From positions 248,001 to 312,000 of the forward strand of contig OZ251237.1 in NCBI GenBank assembly GCA_965240325.2: a DNA stretch of 64,000 nt, in the 5' to 3' direction. The translations under genes and the position numbers were made by a program. The stretch comes from Rebecca billardiae RCC1528. Taxonomy: Eukaryota; Protista; Haptophyta. This document shows positions 55,770-64,000 of the stretch, one piece after another (position 1 is the stretch's first letter; each line of letters starts with the position of its first letter). The notes under the pieces were generated by a model. The model did not search any database and had not been told where the DNA came from. It saw nothing but the letters and a program-made list of their open reading frames with translations.

Positions 55770-58700
55770 TTCGAAACTGGTGCAACCATGATGTCTCGGA
55801 ATTTTGCAAACTTGTCCTTGGGTAGCGCCTTGGTAAGACAATCGGCGATGTTTTCCGATGTGTGTACCTTGATAATGTTGACTGCACCGAGGTCGACACA
55901 ATCTCGAATAAAATGGTGTCGTACGTCGATGTGCTTGGTGCGCTTATGATGAATGCTGTTCTTCGAGAGATCAATCGCCCCCTTGTTGTCCTCATGGATC
56001 ACAATGGGCGTCTTGGGAATATTGAGAATATCGCTGATGATGTCGCGTAGGTAAACTGCCTCTTTGGATCCTTCCGCGAGAGCGACATATTCGGCCTCAC
56101 ATGATGAGAGGGTTGTGATTGACTGCTTGAAGGTGCGCCACGATACTGGGCCGCCTGCGTGGAAGTAGATATAGCTTCCTGTCGAGCGGCGATCCTTTGT
56201 ATCGTTGGCCCAATCCGAGTCCACAAACATCTCCGTCCGTGGCTGAGTAGGTGTTGATTTGAAGGTGATGCCGGAATTCTTTGTCCCGGCCAAGTACCTG
56301 AGCACTCGCTTGGCACCTTTAAGGTCGTTCGAACTTGGGCTTGCCATGTACCTTGCCAACATGTTGACTGCGTAGCTGATGTCGGGTCGGCAGGTGTTCA
56401 TGATGAATAGTAGCGCTCCGACGATTGCTCGGTAGGTCTTTGATTCCTCCGACGAGCACGATGATGAATCGTCTGTCTCGATTGATGTCGGTTGCTCTGC
56501 TGCCGATCTGCATGGGTTGTCGACGGGCGTAATGTCGCTCATGTCGTGCTTCTTGAGGAGATCAGTGATGTACTGTGACATGGAGATAGTCGTCGACTTG
56601 GGCCCCTGGGTGATATTCATGCCCAGGAACGTCGTTGCTGGTCCCAAATCCCGGAGGGTAAATTCTTTTCGAATTTCCTCAATAATCGAGCTGGGCCTTG
56701 CGCTGTCGGGGGAGCTGCTCAGAATAAGCAGATCGTCCACGTACACTGCGATGACGTCGATGATGTCTCCGGAGATGCGGACGAAGATGCACTCCGACTG
56801 TGCGAGTTTCTTGAATCCTTTCTCTCGCAGTTTCTGGCTGAGGCGGAGGTGCCATCGTCGGCCGCTCTGCTTAAATCCTGGAAGGGCCATATCCCAGTCG
56901 GCCGCGACCACATGCCCCTCGGGTGGCTTGAGAGTACACGGGTACAGCGGGGGTAGCGTAGTGTAGATCTTCAGGCCGTCCTCCAAAGGGGCTTGGAGGT
57001 ACGCCGTACTCACGTCCGCGGAGTGGATGATCCAAGGTCTTTCTGGTGTTCGTAGCTCCGTCGTCAGTGCCAATAGGAGGCGTACGTTCTCGTACCGGAT
57101 AGTAGGCGAGAACACCTCGTCGTAATTGACTCCTTGAATCTGGCGGAAGCCTTGACCAACCAATCTTGCCTTGTACCGTTCGATGGTACCATCTGGATTG
57201 GCTTTGACCTTGAAGACCAGCTTCGATGGGATAATTGCTTTCCCTTTGGGAACAACGACGGGCGTGAATGTGCCCAGTCTGTCGTGGGCCTCGTATTCTT
57301 CCATGATAGCCCTTGTCCAATCGGATGCTTGCTTGCTCTCCATCGCTTCCTTGAACGATGTAGGTACCGGGATATCTGATGCGAGCTGCGCGAGCTGCGC
57401 GCGCGCGCGCGCGCGCCGCGTCGACGGGAAGTATGACTTGCCAGTCATGTTGCGGGTCCGCTGTGGGCGACGATCGGCGGAGGGAGGAGGCTGCTTCGGC
57501 TGCGGCGGCGCGTTGCTGGGCGATGGTCCGCCTCCAGCTCCGGGGCCGTCTTCATCACCGTCGTCGTCGCCGTCATCTCCCTTCTCGTCGTCGTCGGGGC
57601 CGTCCCCGTCATCCTCGTCGTCATCGTCGTCTGATTTCTCGTCCGGCGGTTGTGGATCGTCTCCTCCGCGCTCGGAGCCGCTGTCGGCGTCGCTGCTGCT
57701 GCTGGCAAACTCTTCGTCGCCCTCCTCGATGGTGTTGCTGTCATGGGTCTTACCAGCATCTGCACCTTGAGGAGGTCGCCGAGCGCTCCACGCCAGCAGG
57801 GGGTCCCGAATTTCGCGGATCTCCTTGAAATGCGTAGAGATTCGATCCAAAATGACTTGCTCGTTGAACTTGACATGCCGAGTGATGACGATTTTCCCGT
57901 CGTCGGCACTCAAAACGATGTATCCGTGCGATCGCTTGATGGCGCCTCGCTCGAAGATACCGTCAAATCCGTATCCCAATAAGATGCCCTCCCGCGCGCG
58001 CGGGAGTAGCTTGTTCTGCTTGTTGATCGACTGTACGAGGTAGATGCAGGGCGAGCCCCAGACTCTCAGCTTTTGCAGGAATGGCCCGGGCGAGGTGCCA
58101 AACATCAACTCGTGCGGTGAAACCAGCTTGCCATCGCTGGTAGGATGCTTGCTCATCAGGTTGCGTTGCGCGGCAGCGCACTTGGCTGCCCAATACCACC
58201 ATTTGTGGTGTACGCCTGAGAGGTACAGCATTGTCCTCGCGTCATTCATGATGACTCCGAGGCCACGTTCGGCGACGCCGTTCAGCTGCTGCGTGTGGGG
58301 GGGCGACATGTAGTTGCATAGCATGTCGTACCTGCGAAGGACTCGGTTCCAATTCTTTGAGTGTAACTCTCGGCCTCCGTCGAGGTGAATGGTGCATCCG
58401 GCGATGCCCTTGTTCTGCATGGTGGCGGATAGAGAGTTGGCTCCCATCTCGCTGGCCATGAGGTCGAGCTTCTCCGGCGCTTCAGCCTTGTTTTGCATGT
58501 CGTAGAAGCGCATGTATCCGGAAAAATCATCGATGAATAGAGTTCCCCACCTTGGAGTCTTGGCGGGCAGCCCGTTGATGGGCCCGATGACATCGTTGTG
58601 GAGCATCTCGAGCGGTCGAGTTGTCCTCTCACGTGTGCCCGGGAACGGCTTAGCTTTGAACTTGGCAACGTCGGAGGGCTGGTACGAGCAGGGCGATGCC

Positions 58701-61700
58701 TCCGACATCTTGTCGTTCGCGCGGTAGGTTGCGCGTACACGCTTGATATCGGCGTATCCTAGTCTGGATTGCCAGAGCGTGATCTTTCGCCCGTTCTTGA
58801 TCGGGTCGACGTCTGGTGGCATGTCGTCCGTGGTGGCCGGCATGGCTGTCTCGGCCTTGGGTACGACTGCCTTGAATCCGACAGTGTTGTCGGGGCGCAA
58901 ATGAACCCTCTTGGGGCCGATGCGGATGTATGGTCGTTCGTCGAACACCACAGCCATTCCGGCCGCGGCGAACGCGTTGACTGAAAAGAGAGTAGTATCG
59001 AGATCTTCGACTCCGACGACGTTTTCCAGGCACACCGGCACGGTTGTGTCTGAGTCGGCGTCGAGTAAGTATACGTACATGTCGCCTGCCTTGGATGCGT
59101 GTAGCTCAATGTCACGCTTGGCGACCTTAACAGACATGCTGATCGGATGAGCATTGTGTAGCAGGCCGAGGTTGATATCGACAAATGATTGGGACGCGCC
59201 AGAGTCCAGATACGCGTATTGCGTCGGCTCGAGATCTGCGTCATCGGGTTCCGGGTCGATGTCCTCGTCTTGCACCATCTGGGCTCGCGGCCTCCCCGCC
59301 CGCTTGGGGGGCGGAGGTACTTTGATGAACTTGCCGTCACGCCCGCCGGGCTTGGCGGGCGGCTTGAAGTTGCCCTGTTTTGGTGCACCGGGCGGCCTGG
59401 GTGGCCGCAAGTCTGGATGTAGCTTCCAGCACCGCTCTGCGGTGTGATTGCGTAGCCCGCAGTGCGAGCACGTGACGACTGGTTGTCGGCGGTCCGCCTC
59501 CTCAGTATTGAGAGCGTGCGCGGGACCGCCCCGCTTGGGGTCACGTTGCGTTGCCTGTCGTCCCTTGGGCGACTGAGTCCAACGCCTGTATGCGTCCTCG
59601 ATCTGGGCGGTGAGCTGTTCGGTCTGCGCCACGCATTGCTGGGGCGACATGGAACCGTAAATAGAGATGACGGTCAAGTAGACCTCTGGGTGCTCGTGCA
59701 TCCCATTGTATAGCTTGAACACGAGGAGTGTGGCGTCGTCTAGCTCTCGATAGCGTGATGCGCGTACCATCTCCACTGTTTGCTTGATCATCTCGGGGCC
59801 GCTCACCGGGGTCGGTCGGTCCGGGTAGAGCTTCTTGAACTCAGCTCGGAGCTCCGACATGGTCGATACGTTCAGCTCGTGCTCGAAGATTTCGAGCAGA
59901 GTATGTAAATTCAGGAAATTCTCATTCGGGTTCACGATGTGCCGTTTCGACTCGAGGTACGAAAAGAGACTTGGCAGCATCATGTCCTTGATACGCTTGA
60001 AAAGTACTTCCACCGATCGCTCGTAGACGATCGTCATTTGCATGATGGTGGTGTCCGCGTCCATGTTTGCGAATGCGGTTGCGTAAGGTTCCCGAATAGC
60101 ATTTTCGGCTGTCCACACGGCTGCCTCGGCCAGCGCGTATCCGGAGAGCCTGGCCTCGACGAGGGTGACCATGGACGACGTAGTGTCGGTCGCTCTTCCC
60201 TTGTAGGAAGCCTTGACCTCGGTGACTGCGTCCTTGATCGCTCCGTGGATAGCCATTTTCGATTTGATTGTGAAGAAATTCAGCTTGTAGCTTCCGACGC
60301 CGAGCTGGCTTGTCTGCACAGCCATCATTGCATGTGCGTCGGGCAAGTAGGTGCAAGCTTCGCTTCCATTTCTGCGCGTTCGCGGTGACGCGTGGGGCGA
60401 GCTTGTCTCAATGTGGTCCTCTGCTGTGGTATAGCTGTCAATGTCCGACGTAGAGGACTCGTCCCCATCGCTGCTCTGCTGTGCGCTGTTGTCGGCGCCA
60501 GTCGCGGCAGGCGGGTAGTTTGTGCCATGTCCAGGTGGACCGTCGTCAGCTGGCGAGTGTCCCTCGCCTGCTTCAGAAGTCAGCCCATAGAACTCGTCGT
60601 GCAGTAAGCATGCGACACCTGGCTGTAGGAGTGCGTCGTTACAATGGAACATGAGATCAAACTTGCTTTGGTGAAGCTCGTCCCTTTCCCGCACATAGTC
60701 TCCAACTGTGTAGTTGTGACCTTGATGCCGCTCTGCGGCTGCTGCGATGAAGCCTCCCGAGTAGATAGTGCATCGTTTAGATGGCCGCCAAGGGCAAATA
60801 TCATCGAGGCTGGCGCCTGCGTCATTCACGACGCTCAGGCTGCGGCGATCAGCCGCTGCGACGGGTCCGTCCTGTTGGTGGACGTGAATGCCATCATCAT
60901 CGATGTCAATCCCATCGTTCATCGCTGCAAACTGGATGATCTGCTCACATTCGAGCTGATGCTGAACCTGGATGGCGTCTGCGCATCGGTAGCTGCAGAC
61001 TCTGCCCATCCCACAGATGTTGCACTCAAGAAGGCAATGCCTCGATGTGCACGACTGATTGTCGCATGGCTGGCACGACTCTGGATCATCGGTGTCAATC
61101 TCACTCCACTGGCTGCTGTAGATGCCGTTGCCCAGGTTCTTGCGCGACGGGATCTCTGGGATGATGCAGTCGAAGGTCTCGCTCACACCGCACCAGCTGC
61201 TGGCAGACAGGAGGGGGTAAGTGGACAACAATGAGGACATGCGATGCCGATCGCGGGCATCTTGTTCCCATGCTGCCTTGCTGCAGCACAGGATGGTGTG
61301 GGAGTGGTTAGTCGGAGCGCTGCGCGTACCTCCCATGTCGTGGAAGAAGCTCTCCACGACGTCCATCGGCTTCTGGTCGGGCTCGTTGATGCCCATGAGG
61401 GCCACTTCGTAGAGCGCGGCGACGACCTCATCGATGCTCACCAGATCGCCCGGCGAGTCGCCGAGGTACTCGAGCTCCGGTGCGATCGCCTCGACTGGCT
61501 GCATCCGCTGTCCGGGATCGTGGGGGATCTGCCCCGTGTCGAAGGGGTAGTCCTTGAGCAGCTCCTGGAAGTCTGGGACGAGGCTGCTGATGGAGAGGTG
61601 GGGCGTCGCGCCCACCGGCGGCGATGGCCCCGGTGCTGCGACAAAGCTTGTCGGCTGGTCGTCGCGACTGGTGAGTCCGGGTCGCGCCGCCATCGTGGAA

Positions 61701-62467
61701 GACGTCCCAAAATCGCCGTCGGTCGGTGTCGGTGAGAGCGTGGACGACGACAGGTTGTCGCAGCTCGGCTGGAACGTGGGCGACGCCCAACATTCCGCCA
61801 TGGGCTTGGAGGGCCCGCTCCATCCCCGCGCTCCGCGGCGCTGCTGGGGATATGGGGACGGCTCGAACTCCAGCGATCCTCCCTGTTGCGTCTGCGCGCT
61901 GGGGGTCGTCATGGAGTAAGTTGGCGCGGCGCGCGGCGCGGCGGCGCTCTGCTCGATCGGCGCGTGTCGGTCGACCGCGCGCCGCTGGGCTTGGTTGTTG
62001 TGGTCCAGCTGCTGGAGCGGCTGGGACGGGTCCCGCTGCGGGGGCACGTGGATGTGTGACCCGAAGTGCTCCGGGCGTCGCGACTCGCCTTCAGGTACTT
62101 CGATGTGGTGGCGCCGCTTGCGGCGCACGTCCCTTGGTTCTCGGCGGCGCTCGGCGTCGTCACCGTAGCGGCCGTTGACTCGGTTGGGATCTTGCTCGAT
62201 CCGCTGGGAAGGTCCGAAGCGGGAGTCGAGGTTCTCGAATGAGCGCTGCCAGTGGATCGGGGTACGCGTCCACTTGCCTTGCGACAGCTGGGGAGGTCGA
62301 GAGTATTCGGTGCGGTGCGATTGGCGCTGTGCGTCCCGCATCGCCGGTACGATGTTGTTGTTGTTGGTCAAATCCTCGCGGATGTCGACCTTCGAGTTCG
62401 GGTGAAACCGCGCGCGTCCGCGCGGTGTGTTCCCACGTTGTCCGCCGCGAAGCTCCCATGAGCTCAT
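55766..62467 (-). CDS. Copia Gag-Pol polyprotein with a long N-terminal extension
   Basis: CSHCGLRNHTAERC (zinc knuckle), YLDSGAS (protease), HNDVIGP/LDGGRE/NGVAER (integrase), RYKARLV and YVDDLL (RT), DSDWA/EAEY/EDNKGA/ADCLTK (RNase H). One uninterrupted frame; first ATG at 62467. Confidence 0.97.
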   Translation of the reverse strand: MSSWELRGGQRGNTPRGRARFHPNSKVDIREDLTNNNNIVPAMRDAQRQSHRTEYSRPPQLSQGKWTRTPIHWQRSFENLDSRFGPSQRIEQDPNRVNGRYGDDAERRREPRDVRRKRRHHIEVPEGESRRPEHFGSHIHVPPQRDPSQPLQQLDHNNQAQRRAVDRHAPIEQSAAAPRAAPTYSMTTPSAQTQQGGSLEFEPSPYPQQRRGARGWSGPSKPMAECWASPTFQPSCDNLSSSTLSPTPTDGDFGTSSTMAARPGLTSRDDQPTSFVAAPGPSPPVGATPHLSISSLVPDFQELLKDYPFDTGQIPHDPGQRMQPVEAIAPELEYLGDSPGDLVSIDEVVAALYEVALMGINEPDQKPMDVVESFFHDMGGTRSAPTNHSHTILCCSKAAWEQDARDRHRMSSLLSTYPLLSASSWCGVSETFDCIIPEIPSRKNLGNGIYSSQWSEIDTDDPESCQPCDNQSCTSRHCLLECNICGMGRVCSYRCADAIQVQHQLECEQIIQFAAMNDGIDIDDDGIHVHQQDGPVAAADRRSLSVVNDAGASLDDICPWRPSKRCTIYSGGFIAAAAERHQGHNYTVGDYVRERDELHQSKFDLMFHCNDALLQPGVACLLHDEFYGLTSEAGEGHSPADDGPPGHGTNYPPAATGADNSAQQSSDGDESSTSDIDSYTTAEDHIETSSPHASPRTRRNGSEACTYLPDAHAMMAVQTSQLGVGSYKLNFFTIKSKMAIHGAIKDAVTEVKASYKGRATDTTSSMVTLVEARLSGYALAEAAVWTAENAIREPYATAFANMDADTTIMQMTIVYERSVEVLFKRIKDMMLPSLFSYLESKRHIVNPNENFLNLHTLLEIFEHELNVSTMSELRAEFKKLYPDRPTPVSGPEMIKQTVEMVRASRYRELDDATLLVFKLYNGMHEHPEVYLTVISIYGSMSPQQCVAQTEQLTAQIEDAYRRWTQSPKGRQATQRDPKRGGPAHALNTEEADRRQPVVTCSHCGLRNHTAERCWKLHPDLRPPRPPGAPKQGNFKPPAKPGGRDGKFIKVPPPPKRAGRPRAQMVQDEDIDPEPDDADLEPTQYAYLDSGASQSFVDINLGLLHNAHPISMSVKVAKRDIELHASKAGDMYVYLLDADSDTTVPVCLENVVGVEDLDTTLFSVNAFAAAGMAVVFDERPYIRIGPKRVHLRPDNTVGFKAVVPKAETAMPATTDDMPPDVDPIKNGRKITLWQSRLGYADIKRVRATYRANDKMSEASPCSYQPSDVAKFKAKPFPGTRERTTRPLEMLHNDVIGPINGLPAKTPRWGTLFIDDFSGYMRFYDMQNKAEAPEKLDLMASEMGANSLSATMQNKGIAGCTIHLDGGRELHSKNWNRVLRRYDMLCNYMSPPHTQQLNGVAERGLGVIMNDARTMLYLSGVHHKWWYWAAKCAAAQRNLMSKHPTSDGKLVSPHELMFGTSPGPFLQKLRVWGSPCIYLVQSINKQNKLLPRAREGILLGYGFDGIFERGAIKRSHGYIVLSADDGKIVITRHVKFNEQVILDRISTHFKEIREIRDPLLAWSARRPPQGADAGKTHDSNTIEEGDEEFASSSSDADSGSERGGDDPQPPDEKSDDDDDEDDGDGPDDDEKGDDGDDDGDEDGPGAGGGPSPSNAPPQPKQPPPSADRRPQRTRNMTGKSYFPSTRRARARAQLAQLASDIPVPTSFKEAMESKQASDWTRAIMEEYEAHDRLGTFTPVVVPKGKAIIPSKLVFKVKANPDGTIERYKARLVGQGFRQIQGVNYDEVFSPTIRYENVRLLLALTTELRTPERPWIIHSADVSTAYLQAPLEDGLKIYTTLPPLYPCTLKPPEGHVVAADWDMALPGFKQSGRRWHLRLSQKLREKGFKKLAQSECIFVRISGDIIDVIAVYVDDLLILSSSPDSARPSSIIEEIRKEFTLRDLGPATTFLGMNITQGPKSTTISMSQYITDLLKKHDMSDITPVDNPCRSAAEQPTSIETDDSSSCSSEESKTYRAIVGALLFIMNTCRPDISYAVNMLARYMASPSSNDLKGAKRVLRYLAGTKNSGITFKSTPTQPRTEMFVDSDWANDTKDRRSTGSYIYFHAGGPVSWRTFKQSITTLSSCEAEYVALAEGSKEAVYLRDIISDILNIPKTPIVIHEDNKGAIDLSKNSIHHKRTKHIDVRHHFIRDCVDLGAVNIIKVHTSENIADCLTKALPKDKFAKFRDIMVAPVSN

Positions 62468-62972
62468 GATTGGCACTTCGTGCGCTGGCGGAGGTTCGCT
62501 CTTTGGCGATGGTGGCGCAGGGGTCTGGCCCTGCTTGCTGATCAGTTCGGTTTTGTTGTGTGGCTGGTGTAGCTCCAGATCGCTGAGAAAAACTTTTGTA
62601 GGGTTCTCACGAAGGACTCATCCCAGAACTTTCGTGATTAGAAAGTTTGGAGATGCTTCTCGGCTTCTGATTGCGAAGGCACGTTCTCGGAATGATCTGA
62701 TAGTGCATTGCCCTGCGAAGGCTTGAGAACATCTCAGGAGGCTTTGATTCCTGGATTGTTCCGCGACGCTTGTTGGCCATTATGAAATGCACGATGAATG
62801 ATGATGAATGAATTGGTGCACTGGACGTGATTAAAACCGACAGTTGAGGTCGATGATAAGGTTTTGAATTGGAATGAAGCCTCAGCATGGTGGCGCTTAG
62901 AATTGCTCAGCGCCTTGAGATTGAAACCTCGAGCTGGGGAATGGCGCCAATGGCTGCCTTGGGCTTTTGACA
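62467..62972 (-). repeat. 5' LTR
   Basis: 506 bp, matches 55253-55758. Confidence 0.97.
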
Positions 62973-63132
62973 TAACTCCGCGGAGCCGCCAGAGTCTGGC
63001 AGACTATCAGTGACTCATGAGTGAGGGCCAGGCCGGCCAGGGCGCCAGGCCAGCGCGGGCCTGCGCCGTTGCACCGGACTCCACGCCTCACGCCGTCACG
63101 GCGGGGCGCTCATGCTCGCTCAGCCTCAGCCC

Positions 63133-64000
63133 TCAGGCGTACCCGCGCGTCTCGACGAGCACCTCGCGCTCGCTCGCGGCGTCGAGCCGGCCGTAGTGCG
63201 AGAAGCGCATGCTGAGCGCGCCCTCGCCGTGCGTGAGGGCGCGCAGCGTCTCGACGTACCCGCCGAGCGCGGCGAGCGGCACGTGCGCGCGCACGCGGTG
63301 CTGCCGCTCGCTGATGACGTCGACGCCGAGCACGTGCGCGCGGCGCTGCGCGGTGAGCTCGCTGAGCACCGCGCCGACGTGGTGCTCGGGCGCGCGCACC
63401 TCGACCGTCGAGACGGGCTCGAGCAGCGCGGGCGCCGCGCGCTGCAGCGCCTCGCCCACCGCCGACGCGACCGCGAACCGCACCGCGAGCGGCGGCGTGT
63501 GCGGCTCCGGCCGCAGCCCGTCCAGCCGCACGCGCACGCCGAGCAGCGGCAGGCCGCACAGCGGGCCGGCGGCGGTGCCGTCGTCGAGGCCGGCGAGCGC
63601 CGCCTCGCGCTCGGCGCGCTTGAGCGCGCGCGCGAGCTCGGCGCCGAGCGTGAAGTGCTCCGCGCCCGCGCCGCCCGGCGCGGCGTGCGCGGCGTACGCG
63701 TGCGCCTCGTCGGCCGACTCGGGCTCGACGCGCAGCTCGACGCGGACGTCGTGCGGCTCGGAGCCCGCGCCGAGCGCCTGGCGCACCGTCGCGCTGTGCG
63801 CCAGCGCCTCGCGGCACGTCTCGCGGTACGCGACGCGCAGCCGGCCGACGCGCGGCTTCAGCCCAAACTCGCGCTGCAGCCGATGCGCCGCCACCTCCAG
63901 GTGGAGCTCGCCCATGCCGCACAGCAGCGTCTGCGCGTCGGCGCGGTCGTCGAGCACGGCGAGCGACGGGTCCTCGAGCGTGAGCGCGCGCAGCGCCGCG
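63133..64000 (-). CDS. Organellar elongation factor G family, C-terminal part (probably mitochondrial EF-G2/RRF2), partial
   Basis: EDPSL, GMGELHLEV..RLQREFG, VAYRET, LLEPVSTVEV, VPLAAL.GY..LR.LT.G. Confidence 0.9.
   Translation of the reverse strand, partial: AALRALTLEDPSLAVLDDRADAQTLLCGMGELHLEVAAHRLQREFGLKPRVGRLRVAYRETCREALAHSATVRQALGAGSEPHDVRVELRVEPESADEAHAYAAHAAPGGAGAEHFTLGAELARALKRAEREAALAGLDDGTAAGPLCGLPLLGVRVRLDGLRPEPHTPPLAVRFAVASAVGEALQRAAPALLEPVSTVEVRAPEHHVGAVLSELTAQRRAHVLGVDVISERQHRVRAHVPLAALGGYVETLRALTHGEGALSMRFSHYGRLDAASEREVLVETRGYA

Larger units (their letters stand above)
55253..62972 (-). mobile_element. Full-length Ty1/copia LTR retrotransposon (7720 bp)
   Basis: Two 506-bp TG..CA LTRs, 5-bp TSD TAACT (55248-55252 and 62973-62977), PR-IN-RT-RH domain order. 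Confidence 0.98.

Overview
Very GC/CpG-rich, gene-dense eukaryotic genomic DNA with short GT..AG introns. Composition and gene content suggest a microalga, possibly a haptophyte; this is inference and should be checked by searching the 18S. Two complete, non-tandem rDNA units (18S-ITS1-5.8S-ITS2-28S, both minus strand, about 25.65 kb apart) sit inside duplicated 9-kb cassettes among protein-coding genes. The genes are a bestrophin, a frameshifted MATE, a PAN/apple plus degenerate purple acid phosphatase protein, NOP53, UTP14, an adrenodoxin-type ferredoxin, an unknown protein, a triple adenylate/UMP-CMP kinase-domain protein, a TOPBP1-like BRCT protein, a DnaJ-FN3-MORN protein, a JAMM/MPN+ protein, a BBS10-like chaperonin, an HMG-box protein and a partial EF-G. 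There are several mobile elements. (1) A 2-kb non-coding A-X-B-A-B split-direct-repeat element has TTAT at all three junctions, a junction-spanning hairpin and a covarying 64-bp hairpin array. (2) A 1.1-kb foldback element appears to interrupt the bestrophin 5' end. (3) Two small elements are bounded by inverted repeats. (4) An intact, young Ty1/copia element has a ~710-aa N-terminal extension with a MYND-like zinc finger, an integrase lacking the HHCC ligands and a non-canonical PBS. All coordinates were read by eye; rRNA ends and some repeat ends are approximate.
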